DNA of 64,000 nucleotides, taken from positions 17,191 to 81,190 of the forward strand of contig CAVZVH010000021.1 of NCBI GenBank assembly GCA_963778645.1, read 5' to 3'. The position numbers and the translations under genes were made by a program. Each line of letters begins with the position of its first letter. The first letter of the stretch is position 1. The DNA comes from an uncultured Chloroflexia bacterium (GTDB taxonomy: Bacteria > Chloroflexota > Limnocylindria > Limnocylindrales > CSP1-4). The notes below the pieces were generated by a model. It made no database searches, was not told the DNA's origin, and worked only from the letters and a program-made list of their open reading frames with translations. Below, piece by piece: positions 1 to 11,856 of this stretch.

Positions 1-107
1 ACCCGTCAGGAGTGACCCCCCGACGACAGCGGTGATGATGGCCTCAAACTCCTTCTGGGCGCCGCGTCCCGCCTCAGCGCTGCCGAACGACAGCACCTGG
101 ATGACCG

Positions 108-881
108 TCAGGAGCGCGCAGGAATTCCCACCGCGACAAATAGCAGAACTCGAACGCGGTCGGTCGGCACGCCAAGCGCCCGAGCATGCCGCTCGGACCC
201 GCCTGTGCCATAGATCCAATTCCCGAATGTCGTCTTGGTGAGCACGATGGTGCCGACGACGGCGAGCGCCAGCCACCACACGACGCTGACATGCATGCCG
301 CCCGGCAGCGTGCCGGCAAAGAACACCTTGATGGGGGACGCATCGATCGTGTCCTGCAGTCCGCCGATGATCGGAGAGCCCGCGACCGTGATCGTCAAGC
401 CGATCGCGGCTCCCCGCAGCAAGAACATCGTCCCAAGCGTAACTAGGAACGACGGAAGACCAGTCCTGATCACGAGGATGCCATTCGCCAGCCCGATCAG
501 CCCGCCCACCACCAGCGTCACGACGACGGCCAGCGGGACGGGCAGACCAAGGTTCCCGATGCAGAGTGCGGCGATTACGGCTGTAAAGCCGACCTGAGAC
601 CCGACGGAGAGGTCGAATTCGCCGGCGATCATCAGGAGCGTCACGGCCGTGGCGACGATCCCGACCTGTGCCGCAACTTCGAAGTAGTTGACCGTCGCGT
701 CGAACGTCAGGAAGCCACTGTCACCTGCGGTGATTGCGAAGAATGTCCAAACCACCACCAAGCCCACGACCGCTGCGAATTCGGGTCGGTTGGCGAGCCG
801 CCGGACGACGCCGATCGATCGCAGCCGCATGGAGCTTGGGCTCGAGACGCCTGGCGCGCCCGCAAGATCAGACATGCGCAC
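108..881 (-). CDS. Sugar ABC transporter permease (RbsC/XylH-like); ORF is shorter than family norm, so the C-terminus is possibly truncated or frameshifted near the window start
   Basis: 257-aa ORF with multiple TM segments and the permease EAA-like region (…AGEFDLSVGSQVGFTAVIAAL…). Tandem with the upstream SBP gene. Confidence 0.7.
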   Translation of the reverse strand: MRMSDLAGAPGVSSPSSMRLRSIGVVRRLANRPEFAAVVGLVVVWTFFAITAGDSGFLTFDATVNYFEVAAQVGIVATAVTLLMIAGEFDLSVGSQVGFTAVIAALCIGNLGLPVPLAVVVTLVVGGLIGLANGILVIRTGLPSFLVTLGTMFLLRGAAIGLTITVAGSPIIGGLQDTIDASPIKVFFAGTLPGGMHVSVVWWLALAVVGTIVLTKTTFGNWIYGTGGSERHARALGVPTDRVRVLLFVAVGIPARS

Positions 882-945
882 CTCGCCATGCGTGCGAGCG
901 GGCCTGACTAGGCCCGCTCGCCTACGTGTCCCCCGAACTCAGGGG

Positions 946-2058
946 CTAGAAGGTCCCGTTGCTCGCGGATTCAAGAACACTTTCGATGTTCGTCGCGTCG
1001 ATGAAGAATGGACCGGTTGGAATGACGGCCGCGGCGCCCCCGGGCAGGTTACCGGTCGCGAGGTAGATCGCCATGGAGGACACGGGGATGTAGCCCTGCA
1101 GATACGGCTGTTGACCGATCGCGAAGTCCACCGTGCCGGCCTGGATCCCGTCCGTCGCCTCCTGGAACGTGTCGAACGTCGCGCAGTGAAGCTTCCCTTG
1201 GAGGCTCTTCTCGGTCTGGATCTGAACACACGAACTGACCGTGAAGGGGACCCCGATGCCGATGACGGCGTCGTACGTTGGATCCGCTTGCAGTTTCGTC
1301 TCGATGATGTTCTTCTCCGTTGCCGGGTCATTCAAGTCCCCGACGATCTGCTCGGACTTCCCGCCGAGAGCGACCATCGCGTCCGAAATTCCCTTGCAGC
1401 GTGTTGACGTTGCGATGTTCTCTGGGACTGCGTTGTCACAGAGGACGTTGCGCGCACCGTTGGCGTAGAGCGTGGCCCCGGCCTGATAGCCGGCGTCGTA
1501 TTCGATCGACCCAACGTGGAGCATGGACCCGACATCCTTGAAGTCATCGACTCCCGAGTTGTACGTGAAGACCGGAATACCTTTCGCCCTGGCGGCTTGG
1601 ATCGCGGCCTTCTGGGCATCGGGCGATGGGAGCGAGATGATGAGACCCGCGGGATTCTTCGCCACGGCCGCATCGATCAATGGACCCATCTGCGCCGGAT
1701 CTTCCTTCTCCAGAGCTGCGAACTCGACCTTGATCCCGTAGCCAGCGAAGTCCCTGCCCGCAGCGTCGGCGCCGTTCTTGATCGTGGCCCAGAAGCCTCC
1801 GGATGTGCCAAAGGACGTGTGGGCGATCACGATGATCAGCTTGTCGCCGGTTGCGGCTGATGGCTCGGTGGTCGCCGGCGCCACGGTGGCCCCGGTGGCC
1901 GCGGTGGCCCCGGGAGATTGGGCGCCGGGGGATTGCGACTCAGTCGTCGTTCCACACGCGGCTAGCGACAGTGCCGCGACGACAGATCCGGCGATCCAGG
2001 TTCGCCAGCGGCGCTTAGGTCGGGGACGCTCCGTTCCCACAGCGAGACTCGTCGTCAT
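946..2058 (-). CDS. Sugar ABC transporter substrate-binding lipoprotein (periplasmic binding protein type 1, ribose/xylose-binding-like)
   Basis: Signal peptide plus lipobox (…ALSLAACGTT…) and PBP fold sequence features. Sits 62 bp upstream of the permease on the same strand. Confidence 0.75.
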   Translation of the reverse strand: MTTSLAVGTERPRPKRRWRTWIAGSVVAALSLAACGTTTESQSPGAQSPGATAATGATVAPATTEPSAATGDKLIIVIAHTSFGTSGGFWATIKNGADAAGRDFAGYGIKVEFAALEKEDPAQMGPLIDAAVAKNPAGLIISLPSPDAQKAAIQAARAKGIPVFTYNSGVDDFKDVGSMLHVGSIEYDAGYQAGATLYANGARNVLCDNAVPENIATSTRCKGISDAMVALGGKSEQIVGDLNDPATEKNIIETKLQADPTYDAVIGIGVPFTVSSCVQIQTEKSLQGKLHCATFDTFQEATDGIQAGTVDFAIGQQPYLQGYIPVSSMAIYLATGNLPGGAAAVIPTGPFFIDATNIESVLESASNGTF

Positions 2059-2208
2059 CTAGGTTTCCTCCATTGCGCAGTCGTCAGTTCGCGCTCCGCA
2101 TCGGCTGTCGCAACCGGTTCTCGGTCGTGGAGAGCACGAATCGCCCAGGCGCCTCCTCCGCATCCTCACCTCCACGCAGCGGTCGTTGTGGTACCTAGAC
2201 CGTGTGCT

Positions 2209-2224
2209 GTTAACGGTTGACCGC
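2209..2224. promoter_or_regulatory. GTTAAC-containing near-palindrome upstream of the SDR gene. Possible second GntR operator. TTGACA box at 2293..2298
   Basis: TGTTAACGGTTGACCG shares AACGGTT half-site with the 4044..4072 palindrome. Confidence 0.3.
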
Positions 2225-2367
2225 AACTACCCAGCCTTTATAGGGCTTCACCGCGCTGTTGGCAAGCCGCTGCTGGTGTCGCGCGGGGCTTGACAGGCTG
2301 CCGAGATTGCGCGGTATGGTCGCGTGCCAGGCCGTTGATGAGGGTGACCGTGACGCCATTCGAACTG

Positions 2368-3195
2368 ATGGACATGACCGGCAAGGTCGTGATCGTGACG
2401 GGCGGGTCCCAAGGCATCGGCGCAGGATGCGCACGAATCCTGACGAGCGTCGGCGCAACAGTGGTCATCGTGGCTCGAAATGCCGCCGATGGCGAGCGAG
2501 CCGCCCGTGAGATCAGCCGAGTCGGTCCGGGACGATGTGAGTACCTTGCCGCCGACCTAGGTGAGCTAGAGAGCTCTGCGCGAGTGGTTTCTACGGTCCT
2601 CGCGTCACATGGTCGCCTCGACTGCTTGGTCAACAACGCCGCTTCGTACACGGGCTGGCTGCCGATTGACGAGATCGACCTGGATGTGGCCGATCGGGTA
2701 ATGCGGACGAACGTCCTTGCGTACTTCGCGCTTGCGAAGGCGGCTCTGCCTCAGCTACGGGAAACGGGCGGCACCATCGTCAACGTCGGAAGTATGGGCG
2801 GAGAGATCGGCCTGTGGCACGACTCGATCTATGCCGCGACGAAAGGCGCCATTCTCTCGTTGACACGTTCACTAGCGATCGACGAGGCGGTCCACAACGT
2901 GCGAGTCAACGCTGTCCTCCCCGGTAACATCTTGGTGGAGCGGCGGGTGCGTGCTGCCGAAACGCCAGGCGGACAGCGATTGCACGCATTCCTCGAGCAC
3001 AGCCAATGGCTAGGTCGAAGCGGGACGCCTGACGAGATCGGCCTGGCCGTTCTGTTCCTGGCCTCGGACCTCTCAACCTTCTGCACCGGCGTTGGACTCG
3101 TTGTCAGCGGCGGCCTCGAGCTTGGGATCGGGTCGAAGCGACCGTATGGCGAGTTCGCGACAGAGAATCAGTGGGACCCTCATCACGATTCGTGA
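2368..3195 (+). CDS. SDR family NAD(P)-dependent oxidoreductase
   Basis: TGGSQGIG Rossmann motif and YAATKGA (YxxxK) catalytic motif. Start is the ATG at 2368 inside longer ORF 2290..3195. Confidence 0.85.
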   Translation: MDMTGKVVIVTGGSQGIGAGCARILTSVGATVVIVARNAADGERAAREISRVGPGRCEYLAADLGELESSARVVSTVLASHGRLDCLVNNAASYTGWLPIDEIDLDVADRVMRTNVLAYFALAKAALPQLRETGGTIVNVGSMGGEIGLWHDSIYAATKGAILSLTRSLAIDEAVHNVRVNAVLPGNILVERRVRAAETPGGQRLHAFLEHSQWLGRSGTPDEIGLAVLFLASDLSTFCTGVGLVVSGGLELGIGSKRPYGEFATENQWDPHHDS

Positions 3196-3248
3196 TGCGG
3201 ATGGGCGACCAACGCATCATGCTCATCGTCACGAAGTAGGGTGGCGTC

Positions 3249-3971
3249 ATGGCCAGACCCCGTAAGCCCCGGGTAGACCTCGACCTTTCCCCGCCCCGCG
3301 ATCGCGAAGAGCTTTGGGAAGGTGTCGCTCACGACCTGCGATCGGCAATCGTTGGGGGCGGGATACCGCCTGGCGCGAGCCTTGTCGAGGCGGATCTCGC
3401 GGCCCGATTTGGAGTGAGTCGAGGCCCCATCCGCGACGCCCTTCGCGAGCTTGCCCGTGAAGGGATCGTGGTCGACCTGCCACGTCGCGGGACGATCGTC
3501 TCGACCTTGACGTTTTCCGACATGCGCGACGTGTATGCCGTCAGGGAAGGGCTCGAGACGGTTGGGGCACGCTTCACGATCGAGCGGGCGACGGATGAGG
3601 GATTGGCGAGTCTCCGGGGCCTGGTCGAGGCAATGGAGTCGGCCTGGGCCCGCCGGGCCAACTACACCGAGAGTCTCGATGCCGACCTGGCCTTCCATCG
3701 GCAGGTGCTCGCGCTCTCGGCGAGTGCGCGACTCGTTCCCCTCTATGAACAGATGCTGTCCCAAACCCAACTGCTTGTTCATGGGGCCGCGATTGCAAAT
3801 CCACGATTGCGCCTGGGACTTCGGAAGTCGGCACATCGTCGCATCCTGGATGCCGTCGTCGCCCGGGACGCGGGTCGCGCCAGGCGCGCGATCGAGGATC
3901 ACTACGCGTACGCCGAGCAACGCCTGTTTGGAAGTGGACGTCGAGCCGAGCCGACAGGTCAGGACCGCTAG
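3249..3971 (+). CDS. GntR family transcriptional regulator (FadR/FCD subfamily)
   Basis: N-terminal wHTH (…LAARFGVSRGPIRDALRELAREGIV…) plus C-terminal FCD-like helical domain. Confidence 0.85.
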   Translation: MARPRKPRVDLDLSPPRDREELWEGVAHDLRSAIVGGGIPPGASLVEADLAARFGVSRGPIRDALRELAREGIVVDLPRRGTIVSTLTFSDMRDVYAVREGLETVGARFTIERATDEGLASLRGLVEAMESAWARRANYTESLDADLAFHRQVLALSASARLVPLYEQMLSQTQLLVHGAAIANPRLRLGLRKSAHRRILDAVVARDAGRARRAIEDHYAYAEQRLFGSGRRAEPTGQDR

Positions 3972-4043
3972 CTCGATCGCTCGCTCGCTCGACCCCTGCA
4001 CTTTCGCATTGCTCAAAGGCTGGGTCCGCGGTGCTACACTTAG

Positions 4044-4072
4044 CAGAAGTAAACGGTTAACCGTTACTTCTG
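4044..4072. promoter_or_regulatory. Near-perfect 29-bp palindrome (core AACGGTTAACCGTT) between gntR and the P450 gene. Candidate GntR-family operator
   Basis: CAGAAGTAAACGGTTAACCGTTACTTCTG. Fits the GT-N-AC GntR operator consensus. Related GTTAACGGTTGACCG at 2209..2224 upstream of the SDR gene. Confidence 0.45.
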
Positions 4073-4132
4073 ACTTGGCGGCGAAGCACCGTGGAGTCCT
4101 TCGCAGCTGTCTGGCCTATAGGGGACCTTCGA

Positions 4133-5365
4133 ATGACGTCGAGCACGGCGGACCTGGACGAGTTACTGGCGTCGTCCGGGTTTGTGCAGGATCCATACCC
4201 GCTCTACCGCGATCTTCGAACCCACAGGCCCGTGCATTGGAGCGATCGATGGGGCGTCTGGGTGCTCACGCGGTACGACGACACCTTGGCCGTACTCCGC
4301 GACCCGAAGACCTTCTCGAACGCCGGTCGGTTCAGTGCACTCCTCGACCAATTACCGCCGGATGTGCAGCCCGACGTCGAGCCGCTGCGACAGCACTACG
4401 GCTCAGGCTTGATTCAGTCGGACCCGCCCGACCACACCCGACTGCGAGGGCTGGTTCGCTTGGCGTTCACCCCTCGAGCGGTCGAGGGTTTCCAAGGCCG
4501 CATTCAAACCATCGTTGACGATCTCTTGAATCGCGCGGCGGCGAAAGGTCAGTTCGACCTCGTTCGGGATCTGGCCTACGCACTACCGGTGTTCGTCATA
4601 AGCGAGATGCTGGGAGTACCGACTGACGATCTCGATCGCGTGTTTTCGTGGAACGCCGACATCGTGGGTCTCCAAGCGACCGGAGGGGCAAGTGAGGATC
4701 ACGCCCGTCGGGCGGCGGTTGCCACCACGGAACTCGAATCCTTCTTCGGGGACGTCATTGACGAGCACCGTCGCCATCCAAAGCCGGACCTTCTTGGTTC
4801 GCTTATCGATGCTCAGGAGAACGGCGCTCAGCTCTCGAGAGAGGAGTTGATCGGGACCTGCGTAACTCTATTGCTGGCCGGTCACGACACCACAAAGAGT
4901 CTGATCTCGAACGGCTCGTTGCTGCTGTTGCAGCATCCGGCAGCGAGGTCTCGGTTCCAGGAGGACCCTGAAGTCCTGGCTACGGCGATCGAAGAGATGC
5001 TTCGGTACGAGAGCCCGATTCAGCGCGGATGGCGGCGGGTGGCCACCGATGTGGAATTGCGAGGCGAACGTCTCAAGAAGGGAGATCTCGTCTATTTCAT
5101 GTTCGGTGCCGCGAATCGCGACCCTGACGTGTTCTCGAATCCGGATGGGTTTGACATTGAGCGGTCCGAGAATCGCCACCTCGCGTTTGGCTACGGCATC
5201 CATTTCTGTATCGGCGCACCGCTTGCTCGGCTGGAAGGGTCGATCGCAATGACGACGCTCTTCCGTCAGTTCCCGAACATCGAGATGGTTGACACGACCG
5301 TCGAGTGGCAGCCAAGCGTGCACGTTCGGTGCCCGGCTCGACTCGTGCTCAACCCATCAATGTGA
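4133..5365 (+). CDS. Cytochrome P450
   Basis: I-helix AGHDTT, ExxR (EEMLRYESP) and heme-binding loop FGYGIHFCIGAPLARLEG. Confidence 0.9.
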   Translation: MTSSTADLDELLASSGFVQDPYPLYRDLRTHRPVHWSDRWGVWVLTRYDDTLAVLRDPKTFSNAGRFSALLDQLPPDVQPDVEPLRQHYGSGLIQSDPPDHTRLRGLVRLAFTPRAVEGFQGRIQTIVDDLLNRAAAKGQFDLVRDLAYALPVFVISEMLGVPTDDLDRVFSWNADIVGLQATGGASEDHARRAAVATTELESFFGDVIDEHRRHPKPDLLGSLIDAQENGAQLSREELIGTCVTLLLAGHDTTKSLISNGSLLLLQHPAARSRFQEDPEVLATAIEEMLRYESPIQRGWRRVATDVELRGERLKKGDLVYFMFGAANRDPDVFSNPDGFDIERSENRHLAFGYGIHFCIGAPLARLEGSIAMTTLFRQFPNIEMVDTTVEWQPSVHVRCPARLVLNPSM

Positions 5366-5378
5366 AGGCGAGGGGCAC

Positions 5379-6035
5379 ATGGGAGGATTTGGCGTCGATC
5401 TTCGCGTGTGCTTCGTTGGGGACTCGATCGTCCACGGAACAGTCGACCCGCTCGGGCTCGGATGGCCGGGTCGATTGTCGCTCTCCGCGGCTCGCATTGG
5501 ACGACCATTCACGTCATACAACCTGGGTGTCCGGGGCGACACGTCCGAGGACGTCCGGCGGCGCTGGGCGGCTGAGGTCGCCTATCGTCTGATTGACGGC
5601 ATCCGCGGCGCGGTCGTTTTTGGGTTCGGGCTCAACGATTCGCTTGCCGACCCTTCGGGCTCATGGCGGGTCCATCCCGACCGATTGAGCGACAACACCA
5701 GGGACATCCTGTCGCGCGCCGCCGGGCAATGGCCGGTGCTCGTCGTTGGCCCGGCTCCGGTGGACGACTCGCGGCTGCCTCCGGGCCTGCCAAGCCGAGT
5801 GGGCCCGATATGGTCGACCTCGAACGCTCGTATTGCCGAGGCCAGCGCAAGAATGAGCGCAGTTGCTCTCGAACTGGGGATACCGTTTCTCGCACTCTTC
5901 GCCGAACTGGTGGATCTGCCTGAATGGTTGACGACGATGGCCGAGTCGGACGCCGTCCACCCCTCGTCTGGATACTCCTTGATCTCCGATCAATTCGAAC
6001 GGTGGCCGGCCTGGCTGAGCCTCCTCGACGGGTGA
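5379..6035 (+). CDS. SGNH/GDSL family hydrolase
   Basis: GDS block (CFVGDSIVHG), GLND block and C-terminal DxxH (DAVHP). RBS GAAGGCGAGGGG upstream. Confidence 0.7.
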   Translation: MGGFGVDLRVCFVGDSIVHGTVDPLGLGWPGRLSLSAARIGRPFTSYNLGVRGDTSEDVRRRWAAEVAYRLIDGIRGAVVFGFGLNDSLADPSGSWRVHPDRLSDNTRDILSRAAGQWPVLVVGPAPVDDSRLPPGLPSRVGPIWSTSNARIAEASARMSAVALELGIPFLALFAELVDLPEWLTTMAESDAVHPSSGYSLISDQFERWPAWLSLLDG

Positions 6036-6042
6036 CGGACGC

Positions 6043-7206
6043 ATGATCGACGGGTTCCCGTCCGGCATTCGTGCGGCGATTCTCCACCGCGTGAACGATC
6101 CACTGGAGATCGCAGAGGTTGGCTTTCGTGCGTTGGGGCCGACAGACGTTCTCATCCGAAACGTGGCGAGCGGCCTTTGCCATTCGGATCTCGAGATCAT
6201 GCTCGGATCGCTCGCGGCGCCACTGCCCATCGTCCTCGGTCACGAACTGGCCGGCATTGTCGAGATCGTCGGCCGCGATGTCACGTCGCTGCGCCCAGGG
6301 GATCACGTCGTCGGATCGTGGATGCCCAACTGCGGGAGATGCTTCTATTGCATCCGAGATCAGCCCGTCCTGTGCGTGCGGACAGCCACGACGCTGGGAG
6401 CCGGTGGGCTGACGGACGGTCGATCCCGGATCGCGCACGACGGACGTCCCGTGAGCCATTTCAGTGGCATCTCCTCACACGCGCAGTACTCGATCCTCTC
6501 AGAGGAAGGCGCCGTCGTGATCCCGCATGAGATGCCCCTTGAGCTGGCATGTCTCCTCGGCTGTGCCGTCTCGACCGGGGTCGGGGCCGCGATCCGCGTC
6601 GCCCGGGTCGCTGTCGGCTCGTCTGTCGCCGTCGTGGGTTGTGGCGCCGTTGGCTTGAACAGCATTCAGGGAGCGCGCCTGGCAGGTGCGGAGATCATCG
6701 TTGCGATCGACCGTGACACGGCAAGGCTTGCTCGAGCCGAGCAACTTGGGGCGACGCACGTGGTGAATTCGCTCCAGGTCGATCCAGTCGAGTTCGTCCA
6801 TGCGCTGACCGAGCATCGGGGCGCCGACTACGCGATCGAGGCGGGTGGCAGTGAGGACACGATGCAGCTCGCCATCGAAGTCTCACGCCCCGGGGCAACC
6901 GTCGTCATCCTAGGGAAGGTGGCTCCCGATAAGGGCGTCACCTTCCGCTTCGGCTCATTGATGGGTGAGCGTTGGATTACCAGATCGTCGTATGGCGGCG
7001 TCCGCCCGCCAAGAGACTTCCCATTCCTTTGCCGAGCGTATCTTGACGGACGCCTGCTGTTGGATGAACTCGTCGACCGACGAATCACGTTCGACGAGGT
7101 CAACGACGCATTCGGTCAGATGCGGCGAGGAGAGGTCGTGCGAATTGTCCTAGACCCTTGGGGCGAAGGCACCCCCCGCCCGCCAGTTAAGCCGGGGTTG
7201 GCTTGA
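6043..7206 (+). CDS. Zinc-dependent alcohol dehydrogenase (MDR family)
   Basis: Catalytic Zn motif GLCHSDLE/GHELAGIV, structural Zn CGRCFYC, NAD(P) motif VVGCGAVGL. Confidence 0.85.
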   Translation: MIDGFPSGIRAAILHRVNDPLEIAEVGFRALGPTDVLIRNVASGLCHSDLEIMLGSLAAPLPIVLGHELAGIVEIVGRDVTSLRPGDHVVGSWMPNCGRCFYCIRDQPVLCVRTATTLGAGGLTDGRSRIAHDGRPVSHFSGISSHAQYSILSEEGAVVIPHEMPLELACLLGCAVSTGVGAAIRVARVAVGSSVAVVGCGAVGLNSIQGARLAGAEIIVAIDRDTARLARAEQLGATHVVNSLQVDPVEFVHALTEHRGADYAIEAGGSEDTMQLAIEVSRPGATVVILGKVAPDKGVTFRFGSLMGERWITRSSYGGVRPPRDFPFLCRAYLDGRLLLDELVDRRITFDEVNDAFGQMRRGEVVRIVLDPWGEGTPRPPVKPGLA

Positions 7207-7368
7207 CTCTTGGCCATGTCCTGCGCTCGCGATTGCGGAGTCGGAGTGATCCTCATCACGCTCGACCCACCACGCATGTCCCGTCGGCAATCACGTCGCA
7301 GTCCAAGCTTGACGCGAGTGCACGGCGACGGGTTCGCACGAACCCGGTGACAACAGGGAGGTGCGAGG

Positions 7369-8262
7369 ATGCCGATGAAGATCTCGCTTGACCCATACAT
7401 GTTTCGGACCACGCCCCTCGCAGAGTTGCCGGGATTGGTCGCCGACCTCGGCTATGAGTACATCGAGCTCTCACCCCGCGAGGACTTCATCCCGTTCTTT
7501 CGGCACCCACGCGTGGACACGGAGACGATCCGGTCGTTCAAGGCGGCGCTTGACATCGCGGGAGTCGCCGTGTCGTCCCTTCTGCCGCTGTTCCGCTGGT
7601 CGGGTCCCGACGAGGACGAGCGGCGAGCCGCAGTGCGCTACTGGAAACGGTCCATCGAAATCGCGGTCGAGATGGGCGTCACGGTCATGAACTCCGAGTT
7701 CAACGGGCGCCCGGAGAATCCATCGATCTCTGAGGCGCAGTTCTGGAAGTCGTTGGAGGAGCTACTCCCGATCTTCGAGCGGGAAGGTATCCACCTCGCG
7801 CTGGAGCCCCACCCCGACGACTTCATCGAGGACGGACTTGCGGCGGTGAACATGGTCCGGGGCATCAACTCGCCGAACGTGTCGTTTCTGTACTGCGCTC
7901 CGCACACCTTCCACCAGGGCGGCAACATGGCCGAGATCATGCGCTCGGCTGGGAATCTGCTGACGCAGGTTCACGTCGCCGACTGCCTCGACCATCGCGC
8001 CTCCTCCGGCCTGCGCTACATCATCAATCCACCAGGCACCACGGCGCGCGTGCATCAGCACTTGGACATCGGCCAAGGCGAGGTGCCGTGGGATAGGTTC
8101 TTTGACACCCTTGGGGAGCTTGAGTTCGACGGGATCATGACCGTGTGCGTATTCGCCTGGGAGGACCGGGCAGCCGCGTCCAGCAGCTTCATGCTCGAGG
8201 AGATCCGCCGCCGCATCACCGGCTGGTCACATCTATCCAACCCTTCCGACGCGAGTGCCTGA
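7369..8262 (+). CDS. Sugar phosphate isomerase/epimerase (xylose isomerase-like TIM barrel)
   Basis: Sequence family resemblance (…LGYEYIELSPRE…, conserved E/H/D metal ligands). Last gene of the co-directional 2368-8262 cluster. Confidence 0.7.
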   Translation: MPMKISLDPYMFRTTPLAELPGLVADLGYEYIELSPREDFIPFFRHPRVDTETIRSFKAALDIAGVAVSSLLPLFRWSGPDEDERRAAVRYWKRSIEIAVEMGVTVMNSEFNGRPENPSISEAQFWKSLEELLPIFEREGIHLALEPHPDDFIEDGLAAVNMVRGINSPNVSFLYCAPHTFHQGGNMAEIMRSAGNLLTQVHVADCLDHRASSGLRYIINPPGTTARVHQHLDIGQGEVPWDRFFDTLGELEFDGIMTVCVFAWEDRAAASSSFMLEEIRRRITGWSHLSNPSDASA

Positions 8263-8497
8263 CGCCAATTGACCTACGCTTCGTCGATTGTTTAGCCAGC
8301 GACGCCGGGAGTCGGCCCTCCCGGTCGGCGAAGTGCTCGAGCCCGGGCCGCCGCCTTCGGTGACGGGTTCGTTCCGCCCGAGTCGTCGATCAGGTTCTGG
8401 CTGAACTCAAAGATCCGGCTGCCCAAGACGTGGAGCGTGAGGTGGGCGAAGGCGAGCGTGGAGTCGCCATCGAGGAGGTACCAGGATTGACTCGGAG

Positions 8498-10175
<1,678 letters not shown>

Positions 10176-10260
10176 GGGTCAAGGGTAGCGGGCGAGGCGG
10201 ACACGGGGCGGCCCGCGACTCGGCGATGTCAGCGTGACGCCCGCCCGTTAGGCTGGTCGA

Positions 10261-11422
10261 ATGGCGGAGATCGACCTCGGCGCGGCCCCCGATGGTCCGG
10301 GGACGCACGCCCTCGTCATCGGCGTCAGCCACTACCCGAACCTCGCCGGGGACGCCGCCACCGAGGCCGGCCTGCGCTACGGCCTCGAGGACCTGAGCAG
10401 CGCCGCCCGCTCGGCGTCCGAGGTCGTGGCCTGGTTGCTCAACGAGTACCGCAATCCTGGCGCGCCGCTCGCCAGCCTCCGCGTGCTCCTCTCGCCCGCT
10501 GAGGGCGAGACGCTCGCCGACGGCGTCGTCGAGCGCCTGCCCGCGTCATACGCGGCGACTCGAGACGCGGTCGAGGCCGATCTGATGGCCTTCCGGGCCG
10601 CCTGCAGCGAGCGACGCGAGAACGTCGGGTTCGTGTACGTGGCGGGCCACGGCATCCAGCTGACGAAGCGAGGCGCGATCGTCCTCCTCGAGGACTTCGC
10701 CGATCCCGGCCGGGTCGAGCTGTACGGCGCCATCGACATGGTCGGCTGTCACGAAGGGTTCGAGGGCGACGCCTACGCCGCGAACCAGTTCTGGTTCGTC
10801 GACGCGTGCCGCCAACTGCCCGCGATCGCCCGACAATTCGAAGAACTCGAGGCCGGTGTGCTGAGCCTCGCCAAGCCGCCGGGCGAGGTGGAATCGTCAC
10901 CGCTGTTCCTCGCGTCGGCGTCGCGGGATGTCGCCTTTGCCGAGGTCGGCGGCATGACCCTCTTCAGCCAGGCCGTGCTCCGAGGGCTCCGCGGCGCGGC
11001 GGCCGAGGGACCCGAAGATGACCTGAGCCTGGGCTGGCATGTCCCCGCCGGAAAGCTCGGTGATGTCGTGAAGGAGATCGTCGGCAAGCTCGCCGGGGCC
11101 AAGGGCGAGGAGCAATCGGTCCAACCGACCGGATGGGCGGGCCGGGCCGTCGTGCACCAGTTCGAAGGCCCGCCCGATGTCCGCGTCGTCCTCTCGCTCG
11201 AGCCGGATGAGGCGGCGGCGAAGACCAAGGTCTCCTTGCTGTTCGATGCCGACGAGGCCCAGAAGACGGTCGATGGCGCCGCCGAGTGGCCGCTCGAGCG
11301 AACGCTCCCGGCAGGCGCCTACCAGATCAGGGTCGAGACCGAGGCGCCGTATGCGCCGGTGGGCCCCAGGCTGGTGCAAGGTCATGCCGCTCGAGTTCCG
11401 CGACAAGGTCAAGGTGGTCTGA
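10261..11422 (+). CDS. Caspase-like (peptidase C14 / orthocaspase-fold) protein with C-terminal beta-sandwich extension. Apparent -1/+1 frameshift at the C4 run ~11364-11367
   Basis: HALVIGVSHY…FVYVAGHG (His) …FWFVDACRQ (Cys), with dyad spacing ~48 aa as in caspases/metacaspases. GC3 analysis shows the true frame switches near 11365 and ends at TGA 11420-11422 (…PLEFRDKVKVV*). Confidence 0.65.
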
Positions 11423-11843
11423 TGGCCCAGGGCAAGCTCCTGATCTCGTTCAAGAGCAGTTCCTTCTTCCTTGGCCAGAACCTGCCCGTGGAGGTCCGCG
11501 ACGCGAGCAACAAGCTGGTCACCCGATCGGCCGGACCGGTCGCCGTGGACCTGCCAGCGGGGCTCTACGTCGTGGAGGCGACGCTCCCCGGCGGCAGCCG
11601 GCTCTCGGAGGTGGTGGCGGTCGCGGCTGGTCCGCCGACCCAGCTGGTGCTCAGTGGCAAGAAGGGTGGGGCGGCCGCGTCGAAGACGACGACGACGCTG
11701 CCGAGGAGGTCGCGGTCGGGGGATCGCCGGTCGGGGAGGCGGCGGACCGGGAGGATATGCCCCCGGCCGAGCTCGTCGACCACCATGCGGTCGAGCTGCT
11801 GGAGCAGCGCGGCTCCACCTGGATCTTCGACACCACGCTCTGA
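11422..11843 (+). CDS. Hypothetical beta-rich protein with acidic C-terminal tail. Start ATG overlaps upstream stop (TGATG). A second frameshift lies in a GAC-repeat/G5 region ~11680-11722
   Basis: MAQGKLLISFKSSSFFLGQNLPVEVRD…LPAGLYVVEATLPGG repeats the LPAGxYxxxE motif found in the C-terminus of the caspase-like protein. High-GC3 frame ends …ELVDHHAVELLEQRGSTWIFDTTL* at 11843. May be one polypeptide with 10261..11422 if the stop is an indel artefact. Confidence 0.45.
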
Positions 11844-11856
11844 GCCGGATGAGACG

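Noticed and set aside
8290-8497. Possible small minus-strand ORF (…LLDGDSTLAFAHLTLHVLGSRIFEFSQNLIDDSGG…) between TIM-barrel gene and ettA
   Set aside because: No in-frame start giving a product of at least 50 aa, and GC3 decays in the second half. Could be a gene remnant. Not annotated.
11286-11843. ORF 11286..11843 (185 aa) as an independent gene
   Set aside because: Only its last ~55 codons (from ~11679) show coding GC3. They represent the frameshifted C-terminus of the beta-rich gene 2, not a separate gene.
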